From contig QPMI01000291.1 of assembly GCA_004431415.1 (NCBI GenBank), forward strand, positions 12,853-76,852: a stretch of 64,000 nt of DNA, written 5' to 3'. Within the stretch, counting starts at the first letter, position 1. The number at the start of each line of letters is the position of its first letter. Shown here in pieces: positions 47,295 to 56,639 of this stretch. The position numbers and the translations under genes were made by a program. The notes beneath the pieces were generated by a model. It was not told the DNA's origin. It ran no database searches and was given only the letters and a program-made list of their open reading frames with translations. The stretch is from Cyanophora paradoxa CCMP329. Its lineage: Eukaryota > Plantae > Glaucophyta.

Positions 47295-48518
47295 TTAGAA
47301 GTTGCTTACTTTGAGGGTTGACAGTTGATAGCCATTGATTACGAGGACATTGTGGCGAAGTGTGAAGATATCCACCACAACCGGGTTCGCATCAGTGCAG
47401 CCGTTAACTGTGAGGTTCATGTAGCTTGATGACGAGTTGAAAAAGTCCTGATAACCGAGAACCGAGTTGTGCAGCGAATCCTTGCCGGACTTGCTCAGAA
47501 CAACACCATAAACGCTTCCCTCAGCGACTCCAACAGCGGCACCACCTGTGCTCGCACCCTTGTAGTGAGAGGGGATGTGGTTCACAGCGGAAAGGAAGCC
47601 CGAGATTGGCTTATTTGAAATATCGAGGGTGCGATTGTTGTGGTAAATCTCGAAGTTGGTGATGTTGTAGGTTTCGCCCTTGCCATAGAAGCGAGAGTGG
47701 TTAACCGTTTTCAGATCCGCGTTCTTTCGGACTGTAAGCAGAACCGAGTGGACAAGTCCGCTTACATTAGCAAGCGAGACCTCAGTCGCAGTGTCGGCAT
47801 CCGCCGTTTTCAGTGGGCGGGTTTGCTTGTGGAGAACCTCAGTAATTGGGATGCGAATGCCACCCTCCTCGTTTGCCATTTTAAGCAGTCGCTCCGCCTC
47901 ATCAGAGGAGATGTTAACGAACTGACAAACGAGATGGCAATCGCTCATAGCGATGGTAGCATTCTGAGCAAGTGTAACAACAGTCGAAGCCCGGAAATCG
48001 ACCTCGATTTGGGGCATCTCGGCAAGTGCACAGAGAGGGAAGTAAGAGTCGTCCCACATTTGCGATGGGATCTTAACAATAAATTCACGAGAAGTGTTGT
48101 TAAGAACAATAGCGGCATCGTCCATGCCATAGGACGTGGCAAGAGCGCCGAGAGTGGAGGCATCGTTATCGATGATGGAATTTACAGTGATCCAGTCACC
48201 GGGTAACGTGAGTTTAAAACCACCATGGACGATTCGGACATTTTCAATGAAGCTACTCGCACAGTTTGGAAGGGTCGCATTGGCACCACCACCACCAGTG
48301 AGTTTAAAGTAGAGGGAGAGACCGCTGAGTAGCTGTTTGCGAGGGAGGTCAAAGACCGCAGTAGAAGCAAAGCCAAAGGTGTTGCCACGAGGCTTGACTG
48401 TTTCGATGAATGGCTTATATTTCGGGTTGGCGCCAATGACCAGACCAGGGGATAGATATAATTCGCTCGAATTGGGGGTGACGAGAAGCTCTTTAAGAGT
48501 GGTTCCAGCGAGCGCCAT
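47295..48518 (-). CDS. Double jelly-roll major capsid protein
   Basis: 407 aa, beta-rich; FGFASTAVFDLPRKQLLSGLSLYFKL, FIENVRIVHGG and YFPLCAL...IEVDFR resemble DJR MCP motifs; adjacent to the ATPase. Confidence 0.85.
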   Translation of the reverse strand: MALAGTTLKELLVTPNSSELYLSPGLVIGANPKYKPFIETVKPRGNTFGFASTAVFDLPRKQLLSGLSLYFKLTGGGGANATLPNCASSFIENVRIVHGGFKLTLPGDWITVNSIIDNDASTLGALATSYGMDDAAIVLNNTSREFIVKIPSQMWDDSYFPLCALAEMPQIEVDFRASTVVTLAQNATIAMSDCHLVCQFVNISSDEAERLLKMANEEGGIRIPITEVLHKQTRPLKTADADTATEVSLANVSGLVHSVLLTVRKNADLKTVNHSRFYGKGETYNITNFEIYHNNRTLDISNKPISGFLSAVNHIPSHYKGASTGGAAVGVAEGSVYGVVLSKSGKDSLHNSVLGYQDFFNSSSSYMNLTVNGCTDANPVVVDIFTLRHNVLVINGYQLSTLKVSNF

Positions 48519-48570
48519 TGTTTACTAATCGTGAACAAAATAATTTATACACGGATAGTAACGAACACAA

Positions 48571-49467
48571 ATGGGAAAAATACTAATCAATATCGATTCC
48601 AGGGATCGCGAAGCTGATTCTACCAGTTCCGCGAATTTCCGCTATAAACTTCCCTATCCTGTGAAGCGAGTCAAATCTTGCAGGATCACGAATTTCGAGC
48701 TATTTAATAATCTATACAACCTAACCGAAGATGGAAGCATTACCACAGTCACCTACGATAACATCAGTGCCCAGAAGACCCGGACAAACACCTTTAAAGC
48801 CGGAAACTACGACCCCACGAGCCTCGTTAATTACCTAAACGTTCTGATTGGCACACAGCAGTATGCGCAGAATGGAGGAGGAACCTACACCCGCAAATTC
48901 AAAGTGTTCTACGACTCAAACACCATGAAACTGAGGATCCTTTCGAATGAGGCGTTCGGTCTCCGGTTTGCCTCGCTTCCAGTGGCAAACTTTACAGGAT
49001 TCCAGGTCGCTGACAAACTGTATTTAGGTGCAGTGTTGGCAGTGAACGAAACGTATGATGCACTCGTTTACACACACGAATTATATTCGGAGGTTCCCCT
49101 CGACCTTCTTTATTACTCATACATGTTGCTCCACATTGAGCAGCTACGAGGCACTGTGATCAGTCGCAACCCATCCGATTGCTACGCAATTGCAAAGATC
49201 ATTCTCGACCAGCAAGTCGGAGCCCTGTTAAAATACGAGGGTTCCAATGCGACTATGGTAGCATCTGACATGATCGACCGAGAGCTTGAATACCTCGACA
49301 TCGCACTGAAATACTATAATGGGATTCAGGTCACCTTGCACAGCGATTGGAGCATGACGCTCGAAATCGTCACTGACGATGGTGGGAACAGAAACAAGAA
49401 AGACCTCAAAGCTATATTTGCCGATTTACAGGATCACCTCCTCCCATTCGATAGGTCATTTTCGTAA
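48571..49467 (+). CDS. Minor capsid (penton, single jelly-roll) protein
   Basis: N-terminal INIDSRDR...NFRYKLPYPVKRV...FNNLYNL and C-terminal LDIALKYYNG...DWSMTLEI match the penton-family pattern. Confidence 0.8.
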   Translation: MGKILINIDSRDREADSTSSANFRYKLPYPVKRVKSCRITNFELFNNLYNLTEDGSITTVTYDNISAQKTRTNTFKAGNYDPTSLVNYLNVLIGTQQYAQNGGGTYTRKFKVFYDSNTMKLRILSNEAFGLRFASLPVANFTGFQVADKLYLGAVLAVNETYDALVYTHELYSEVPLDLLYYSYMLLHIEQLRGTVISRNPSDCYAIAKIILDQQVGALLKYEGSNATMVASDMIDRELEYLDIALKYYNGIQVTLHSDWSMTLEIVTDDGGNRNKKDLKAIFADLQDHLLPFDRSFS

Positions 49468-49496
49468 ATTAATATCGCACCCTAAATTAAGAATCA

Positions 49497-50279
49497 ATGC
49501 CGCGTCAAGCTACCACCAAACCACGCAAAACCAAACCGAAAGATTACCTCAGCACGCCAGCAAGTTTGGCAGACGTGGATACACCCACTAAATTTGGAAG
49601 AGGCAAAGCAGACAAAGCCAAAGCAGTGTATCACGTTGGTGATATTGAGCGTGATGTCCACTCTTCGCGAAACGAGTTCATTCAAGGACAGATCAGTGAT
49701 CGAAACGATGCGAACGCTCTGATTGACGAAGTCCCGCTGAATAAGATGCCCGGTAACAAGAGAGGACGAAAGAAGGGAACGATCATAAATTCGACAAAGG
49801 AACGAATCGCTTCAAAGAAAGTATTACTGAAAGAGCTCGATATCGGCAACGTGTATTCGGTGCAGACAGGCGATCGCTACCGCTATTATCTTGCGAAGCC
49901 AGGCAAGGGCATATCCAGTCTCACACGAGCCAGTGCGAAAGAATTGGTGGAAGGCATTGCCAAAGAGACGAAGCTCGAAAACCAAATCATGGAGCAAAAG
50001 ATCACAAAGGAAAAGGTGGACGAGAAACCAGTGGTTGCATCGGAAGTACTTGCTGATCCAATTGCGCCAGCAATCAGTGCCACACCCGATCAGTTAATTG
50101 CGAAAACGATCGCACTACAAGACACCAACACCGCCACCAATCTCCCGATCGCAAACAAGCACATCCTGAAAATCGCCGCCTCGACAAGCGAGCCGCTTAA
50201 CTCCATTCCCCGTGTGTCCCAGCCATTTATTAGCGGATTCGCAAAGCTCGGATTAAAGCCAGGTTACAGGAGGCTCTGA
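49497..50279 (+). CDS. Viral hypothetical basic protein (260 aa), possible virion core/DNA-binding protein
   Basis: Intact K/R-rich ORF 29 bp downstream of the penton gene; no recognised motif. Confidence 0.7.
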   Translation: MPRQATTKPRKTKPKDYLSTPASLADVDTPTKFGRGKADKAKAVYHVGDIERDVHSSRNEFIQGQISDRNDANALIDEVPLNKMPGNKRGRKKGTIINSTKERIASKKVLLKELDIGNVYSVQTGDRYRYYLAKPGKGISSLTRASAKELVEGIAKETKLENQIMEQKITKEKVDEKPVVASEVLADPIAPAISATPDQLIAKTIALQDTNTATNLPIANKHILKIAASTSEPLNSIPRVSQPFISGFAKLGLKPGYRRL

Positions 50280-50595
50280 GCCGACCTTAATATTTTCTCG
50301 CCCAATAGTAGCGCTACGTAACAAGAACCTATCTCGTAGTGAGTGCTCGCGCATTTTATCCTTTTTTCGTAGGATCCATGTGCATTTCGCTTTCAACACC
50401 TGTTCTACCGGGTTCATTGGTAGTAACTTGGGCGCCCCCGACAAGTCAGCCCGCATCGGGCATCGGGGGCAGCGCTTATTTTTGTAGCTTCTACCGGTTG
50501 TAGGGGTCAAAAATTGATTACGTTCTGAAAAAAGGTATATCAAAGAAGAAAATCATTTAAAGATTTCTTGCTATATAGTAGCAGAGGTTGAGAGA

Positions 50596-50850
50596 ATGAC
50601 GACAAGTGCGGCTCAGAAGCGTGCAAATGCTAATTACCGGGCTACCGGGAAAGGCAAAATTGCGCTCCAAAAGAACAAGGAGAAAATGCGAAAAAAGGTT
50701 TACGAGCTTTATCAATCTGATGATTGCTATCGCTCGATGAAAATCGTTCAAGCAAGTCACCGTGCGTATTCCAACAATGCGATTTGTTTCGTGAAATTCT
50801 TGTTTGGCGTTCCCTATAATAATGTCGGTCGCCCATCTAAGTATATCTAA
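50596..50850 (+). CDS. Small basic viral protein (84 aa), putative DNA-binding
   Basis: MTTSAAQKRANANYR... basic helical ORF preceded by AAAATTGA and ATTTAAAG..TATATA motifs. Confidence 0.6.
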   Translation: MTTSAAQKRANANYRATGKGKIALQKNKEKMRKKVYELYQSDDCYRSMKIVQASHRAYSNNAICFVKFLFGVPYNNVGRPSKYI

Positions 50851-51056
50851 ATCCTTTTTCTCGGCGCGATTGAAGCTGAGGAAACGAATGCGCAACCGCG
50901 CTAAATAAAAATTGCTTTCGTGTTATTTTTCGAGCTTGTTTATCGAGCCAACCCTTTTGTTATTTTTGTGAAATTTCCGTCGGGCAAAAAATGACGCAGA
51001 ACTGAAAAAATGATTTAAGGATAATTTTCTTTGGATATATATAAGAACGCAACGAG

Positions 51057-54000
51057 ATGCCTCGCCCTTCCAACCGGTTGATCAGAAAGCTTAATGAAGA
51101 CACTATTGGTTACACTACTATGAGTCTTGTTCATGGATTGATGACAACAGAGCAAGCTAACCTTATTCTCAATGCGATAGCCAGGCGAATTACGTTAAAA
51201 ACGGCAAAAGATTGGAATGACACAGCAAAGGGAATTTACGAGAATAACCTTACAAAGCGCGAGGTGGGGGATGAGTTCCAAAGATTGGGTGCTATCGACG
51301 TTCCCCAGGAACTAACAGACCAGCGCCCGCAACGCAACACCAAGACACATATTAGCCGGTTCCAGAAGCTGATGAAAAATCTAAAAGAGAAAATCGAGAA
51401 TTTAGAGGGCGACACTGTGACTATGTATTTTCGTATGTATCGGTTGATTGTGACAAAAGCCCCCAAAAACGGAAGGGTTGTGGAAGAATGGGGTGACAGA
51501 TACTACCAAGTTCTCAAAGACAGAAAAGACGGTTCATTCCATTCGGTTAAATTGAAGAAAGACCTTTTCATAAAATCCCTCGATCTTGTGAACAGACCAT
51601 TTACCAATGTCCCATGTTTCGAAAAAAAAGCAATCCAACAATTCATTTTCGAAAACATGCAGTTTGGTAATAGAAACCCAGACTTAATCTATTTGAAAAA
51701 CGTTCACACAGGCACTTACAGTGATGTCCTGACAATCGAGAAGATAAGACCTGAGAACGATAACGACTTTATCCCCAGGATCGACCAGATCTTACGAGAC
51801 TATCAAGCGCCTATGATCCCATCTAAGTATCTTACTTACGAATTTGATGTTAACTCAAAGTCATTCAGTGATTTCTTTGATAAAACGAAGAACAAGGAAT
51901 TGAGAATTAAATCATGTGTGCATGATGCTATCATTGCTGTGTTTGCACCAGCGTTTGAAAAAGCCAAAGATTATGGGCGCTACGTTTCTATCAAGCTGAA
52001 TCATGCCTTCTTGTTCAAATTGGTGCATGGTCGGGATCCAGTTGATGGGGACGATATGGGATTATCATTACGACAAATTACCGATGCATTTCTGAAGCCA
52101 TACAAGCTTTCTATGATAGTAGTAGACGAGAATGATAAAGTGGACTATGCCCTATCCTATATTCCTGTGGATGCAAACGGAAAGAGAACGAGGAACAAAT
52201 TCCTCCGACCATCCACCATGTATGTAAAAGTGCAAAATGGACACATGTATTTGCTCAATAATAATGTTGAGAGCCTCATCCAATCTTTCAATGGATCTAA
52301 GCCTACTGAGAAAGATATGCCGTTGGGTTGCAGATACAGGCTAAGAAGAAACGATAACAACAGTGGTAGTTTTTTCGCAGCCAATGAGGATCATATTGTA
52401 GGTATTCTCCAATCAGATGAGGCAACAAAAAAGAACCTTATCCGCATCAACTACGGTGGTGCAGGTGGTCTCACTAAATTGTATGCTTCCTTCCTGACAG
52501 TGCATAATTACATAGCTGATGCCAGAATTTCGGTTCTCGGATCCATCCAAAGCATAAGGTTCAAGTATCAGAACAAGGATGTCATCATTATACCTGTGTG
52601 CCCAGAAGTCGAAGTTGAGACAGCTTACCACTTGCAGTTCGAGAACTCAGAGCAGCGGGATGCATTCACCAAATATAATAACATGTTCTACGAAGCATTA
52701 ATTAACAGATCCTTGAAGAGTTCCTACAACGAAAACACACGAAATGCTTTCGTGGTTGGTTCTCAAAGTGCCTTAAATGGTCGCTTTGAAGATTCCGCCG
52801 AAATCATTAAGGATTTGAATGATGGGTGCCTAAAAGTGTTCGAACACGATGGGTGCAAAGCGTATGCAGGTCATGTTAATTCATTTGAGTATTTCCCGGT
52901 ATTTAGCGAATTCGATGACTTTAAGGATGTGTCCATACAATCAGTTGCCGATGTGGAACCTTACAGCTTCTACTACGTGACTTTGAAGAAAGGACAATAC
53001 CTTATTAAGAAGGACTCTAGTGGAAAGGAGTGGGTGCAATATAGATATCCCAAAGCAAAGCGAATTCTCATAGATTCACCATGTAACCTGATCCCAGGGA
53101 TCATGCTCAAAGAATATTTCGATGACCTGATAGACATAATCGATGTAAAATACATCTTAAAACCATATCGAATTGTCAAGAACGTTGTTAAATATGTTAT
53201 CAAACAGATCTTAGAGAGCAACCTTAGCGAAACTGAGAAGAAGCAGATTCTTGTAAGTATTATTGGAATGCTCGGGAAACAAAAGAATCAGAGATCGCGA
53301 ACCAAACCGTTTTTCCTAAAATCGGATGCTATCGAGTTTGCCAGAAAGCATGGTGGCGACGTCAAATTACTGTGGCTCGGTGAGAAGAAGCCCAATCAAT
53401 CCACAGAAGCCAAAACCGAATCTCAAATCAAAGTCTCAAACTATGAAAAATGGATTCAAGCTTATGAAGAACGAAAACAAAAGAAAAATCAGGTTAAACC
53501 CGAAATTGAAGAAGAACATGCAATTGAAGATTACGAAAACCCCGATCGCATTGTTGCAGCTGAGGAGATAACAGACCCACACATTTGGTATGTGGAGAAA
53601 ATAGAAGAAAGGCTACTAAAAGATGGATTCCTTCCGATCCAAAATATGGTCTATTCAAAACAACGAATGGATCTGTATAAGAAGTGCAGGGAATCAAAGG
53701 GTGTCATTATGGCTCTTAAAGTTGATGCAGTCTATGAGGCAATCGACGAAAGCTTAGATGTAGAAGAAGTTAAATTCGATCGCACGAAGTATGAGAATAT
53801 CGGATGTTTCAGCACGAAACCTATATCTTTCAATGAGTATTGCAATAAGATCTTACAGAAGAAGCACGAGACTAAGAGGACAAATGGAATGATCCGATTT
53901 TTCAAGCCGGAGAGACTGAGGGATTTCGTTACTGTGAGAAAGAATGATTGCACAGCATACACGGTTCCCGATGAATTTGACACGAAAGCGATATGTGATA

Positions 54001-55337
54001 TGATGCTCTCCAAAGGGAAAGGCATAAGAATTGAGGGAAATGCCCCAGGAACCGGAAAGTCGTATGTGAGCAAGGCGATCGGTGCCAAATTCGACAGTTG
54101 CTTATATATCACGCCCACTAACAAGCGTGTCAAAGAAATGAAAGTCGAAGATGGTTTGGAGAATGTGATGACCATTCATGGTGCGTTCAATCTGAAAATC
54201 GATGATTCCCAAATGGACGATGTTGTGGGTGCGAATGCAAGCAAGATTGCACCTTATCAATGCATTGTTATGGATGAAGGCTACCAGCTTAGCATACCAC
54301 AGCTTGCAGCACTGAAACACATGATGAAAGTCGCCTACCCTGACAAGACCTACATTCTGAATGGTGACCCGTTGCAAAATCCACCTATTCAGTTCCTTAG
54401 TGTGGATCAGAAGGAATATTATAACGAGATCTTTGAGCAGCTCTTCCCGAGCTTGTTAGAGTTGCATGTGAATAAGCGCCACATTTTGCCAGAAGATCGC
54501 GAAAAGATTCTCGAATGGAAGCAAGATTTATTCGAAAAGAACATGGACATATCCGCATTCCTTGCAAAGCATAACATACCTGTTATTTCGCCTGATCAGT
54601 TGCGACCTGACGATAGAGCTATTACTTACACAAACCGCAAAGCAGCACAGGTTAATGCTATGATCCACCGCATTAAGTATGGTATAGATACGCCAACTCA
54701 TTTTAAAGGGCTCGAAATTATAGCAAAGCAGCGCCTGACGAAAGGGAAGACGGCAGATGACGAGAGTGTAATCATCCATAATGGATTCTCGTATATCATC
54801 GAGGATCTGAACGAAACCACGCTTACGATTTCAGACTACGCAGATGAAAGCATTAAAATAACGCTTCCATACGATTCAATCAAGCATTTCACGCTTCCCT
54901 ATGCTAATACGTGTCACGTTGTGCAAGGTGACACGGTAAAAAATAAGCGGGTGGTTGTTTTCGAGGCGCAATCGCCCCACGTCACCAAATATTGGTTGTG
55001 GGTCGCACTGACCAGGACACCATATTTGAAGGACACCGTGATTTGTGTGGATGAAAGCGAGATCTATGATATGGGCGCTTTCAAATCAAGAATGCATAGA
55101 CTGATTCAAGGTTATAAACATCAAGACAAGGTTGCAGGTCGCGATTTCGTCGAATCTATGTATGTTACTTATCCATGGATAAAGCAAAGATTCGGAATTC
55201 AGAATGGGCTTTGTTGGCGATGCTACCAAATTATGGATTACGATGAGGTCTCGGTTGACCGCGAAAACAATGCGGTCGCTCATGTTATCGGTAATATTTC
55301 CCTCTCTCATATTAAGTGTAACTGTGCGGCTCAGTGA
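51057..55337 (+). CDS. 1426-aa replication fusion protein: putative OTU-like protease + divergent family-B DNA polymerase core + SF1 (RecD/Pif1-like) helicase + HNH nuclease
   Basis: SF1 motifs GNAPGTGKS (K1001), ITPTN, TIH, MDE (D1073), GDPLQNPP, NKRH, YANTCHVVQG, VALTR. PolB-like motifs HDGCKAY (D598), KQILVSIIGMLG (K729), KVDAV (D890). SCV (C287)...GHMY (H396). C-terminal CWRC...SVDRENN..AHVIGN...KCN. Confidence 0.88.
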   Translation: MPRPSNRLIRKLNEDTIGYTTMSLVHGLMTTEQANLILNAIARRITLKTAKDWNDTAKGIYENNLTKREVGDEFQRLGAIDVPQELTDQRPQRNTKTHISRFQKLMKNLKEKIENLEGDTVTMYFRMYRLIVTKAPKNGRVVEEWGDRYYQVLKDRKDGSFHSVKLKKDLFIKSLDLVNRPFTNVPCFEKKAIQQFIFENMQFGNRNPDLIYLKNVHTGTYSDVLTIEKIRPENDNDFIPRIDQILRDYQAPMIPSKYLTYEFDVNSKSFSDFFDKTKNKELRIKSCVHDAIIAVFAPAFEKAKDYGRYVSIKLNHAFLFKLVHGRDPVDGDDMGLSLRQITDAFLKPYKLSMIVVDENDKVDYALSYIPVDANGKRTRNKFLRPSTMYVKVQNGHMYLLNNNVESLIQSFNGSKPTEKDMPLGCRYRLRRNDNNSGSFFAANEDHIVGILQSDEATKKNLIRINYGGAGGLTKLYASFLTVHNYIADARISVLGSIQSIRFKYQNKDVIIIPVCPEVEVETAYHLQFENSEQRDAFTKYNNMFYEALINRSLKSSYNENTRNAFVVGSQSALNGRFEDSAEIIKDLNDGCLKVFEHDGCKAYAGHVNSFEYFPVFSEFDDFKDVSIQSVADVEPYSFYYVTLKKGQYLIKKDSSGKEWVQYRYPKAKRILIDSPCNLIPGIMLKEYFDDLIDIIDVKYILKPYRIVKNVVKYVIKQILESNLSETEKKQILVSIIGMLGKQKNQRSRTKPFFLKSDAIEFARKHGGDVKLLWLGEKKPNQSTEAKTESQIKVSNYEKWIQAYEERKQKKNQVKPEIEEEHAIEDYENPDRIVAAEEITDPHIWYVEKIEERLLKDGFLPIQNMVYSKQRMDLYKKCRESKGVIMALKVDAVYEAIDESLDVEEVKFDRTKYENIGCFSTKPISFNEYCNKILQKKHETKRTNGMIRFFKPERLRDFVTVRKNDCTAYTVPDEFDTKAICDMMLSKGKGIRIEGNAPGTGKSYVSKAIGAKFDSCLYITPTNKRVKEMKVEDGLENVMTIHGAFNLKIDDSQMDDVVGANASKIAPYQCIVMDEGYQLSIPQLAALKHMMKVAYPDKTYILNGDPLQNPPIQFLSVDQKEYYNEIFEQLFPSLLELHVNKRHILPEDREKILEWKQDLFEKNMDISAFLAKHNIPVISPDQLRPDDRAITYTNRKAAQVNAMIHRIKYGIDTPTHFKGLEIIAKQRLTKGKTADDESVIIHNGFSYIIEDLNETTLTISDYADESIKITLPYDSIKHFTLPYANTCHVVQGDTVKNKRVVVFEAQSPHVTKYWLWVALTRTPYLKDTVICVDESEIYDMGAFKSRMHRLIQGYKHQDKVAGRDFVESMYVTYPWIKQRFGIQNGLCWRCYQIMDYDEVSVDRENNAVAHVIGNISLSHIKCNCAAQ

Positions 55338-56404
55338 TGGATACAGTGTTATCATACAAGAAATACATGCAGAAACTAATTAATGAAGGTGTAAGTTTTG
55401 ACGAGGCGAAACTAAAAAAACAGTTCGAGAACTCGGAACTACAACAGATTTTCAAGAAACCAAAAAGACCAAAGAGCTTTTTACGCATTGTAGCGAGACC
55501 CCGATCATTTCAAGTAGACATTATGTTTTTTAGAGGATTTCAAACAGCGAATAGAGGCATTGGTAAGGCGCTTAGTTTCATTGAGATTTTGAGCAGGAGA
55601 GCATTCGTTTATCCTTTCAAAGAGTCTTCCGAAATTCAGGGCATTTTAGATAGGTTTAAGCAGGATGCCGGGAAAGTTGTAGGATTGGCAGGAGATAATG
55701 AGTTTTCACAGAGAGTTTATCGTGAATGGTGCAGCGCAAATGGTGTGGAACTCTACACAGATGTAGCAAAAGACGACCACATTTCGGTAGGCAACAAGTT
55801 AGGTATCATAGATAGATTTACGAGGACTTTTAAGCAGTATCTGAGAAAGGCAATGATTGCAAAGGGAAGCTCGAAATGGCTCGATTTAGTAAAGGAAGTT
55901 TTAGACACATACAACAGTTCCCCACATTCCTCTTTGAAAAACGACACACCAAACAATGTATATAATAGTGACCACAAGCAGCTATATATTTACTTGCGGG
56001 ATTCAGTGCATAACGACCAAGTGAAAGATACTGAACAAGTTGATGTGAAACAAGGCGACACTGTTCGGGTGTTGGAGCCCAAAGGGATATTTGATAAAGA
56101 AGGTGCAAGGTTTAGCAAGAAAGTATATACAATTGGTGCAAAAGATAACAATAGGTTCAAAGTATTAGAAAATATGGATGGAGAAGTAAAGGAAGTTAAG
56201 AGACGTTTTAAAAAGAACGAGTTACAGAAAGTGAGTAAGGCTGATGTTATTAAGATTCCTGATCAAAAGAGGATTATAAGAGTTGCGAAAACGAATGAAG
56301 TAAATCGCAAATTAGCGAAAGAAGGGATCAAGCCGAATCGAAAGAATGTTGTAAGGAAGAAGTATAATCTGAGAAGTAAAACGATAAGTGGGAAATGGAA
56401 ATGA
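55337..56404 (+). CDS. Retroviral-like (rve) integrase, Polinton type
   Basis: FQVDIMF (D61), IEILSRRAFVYP, GDNEF (D120), GIIDRFTRTFK (D159), W...V...YNSSPHSSLK..P, SH3-like GDTVRV...FDK...FSKKVYTI. ATG at 55337 overlaps the upstream TGA. Confidence 0.93.
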   Translation: MDTVLSYKKYMQKLINEGVSFDEAKLKKQFENSELQQIFKKPKRPKSFLRIVARPRSFQVDIMFFRGFQTANRGIGKALSFIEILSRRAFVYPFKESSEIQGILDRFKQDAGKVVGLAGDNEFSQRVYREWCSANGVELYTDVAKDDHISVGNKLGIIDRFTRTFKQYLRKAMIAKGSSKWLDLVKEVLDTYNSSPHSSLKNDTPNNVYNSDHKQLYIYLRDSVHNDQVKDTEQVDVKQGDTVRVLEPKGIFDKEGARFSKKVYTIGAKDNNRFKVLENMDGEVKEVKRRFKKNELQKVSKADVIKIPDQKRIIRVAKTNEVNRKLAKEGIKPNRKNVVRKKYNLRSKTISGKWK

Positions 56405-56639
56405 AATACGATAAAGATGATAAAGATGTAATTGTAGCCATGGCGTGAGTTTTTTGTTTTTGTTACTGAATATCGTCAGGGGGTTAATGAAATGATTGAT
56501 GATATCAGTGAGTCAGTGGGAATATCTCGATTGAATTTATCGATGAAAAGTATGTATTACTGAATATCGTGGGGAATTCGAATGTATTTGTATTATTTCG
56601 GGATTTTTCGTTTATGTAGCCATGGCGTAATACTCCACT
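56371..56639 (-). repeat. Right terminal inverted repeat (269 bp)
   Basis: GAGAAGTAAAACGATAAG...CCATGGCGTAATACTCCACT. Confidence 0.97.

Larger units (their letters stand above)
45169..56639. mobile_element. Complete endogenous Polinton-like virus (Polinton/Tlr1-type integrating dsDNA virus), 11,471 bp
   Basis: Abrupt AT-rich intron-free island; 5'-AG...CT-3' termini; 269-bp TIRs; GACGCG duplicated at 45163-45168 and 56640-56645; ATPase, MCP, mCP, PolB-helicase and integrase ORFs all uninterrupted. Confidence 0.97.

Noticed and set aside
45169-56639. Classification as a true virophage or canonical Maverick
   Set aside because: The 407-aa MCP is shorter than typical virophage MCPs, and neither an adenain protease nor a canonical YxDTDS pPolB was recognised.
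45169-56639. Contamination or chimeric assembly of a free virus
   Set aside because: A perfect TSD and a host reading frame that rejoins across the empty site indicate true integration.
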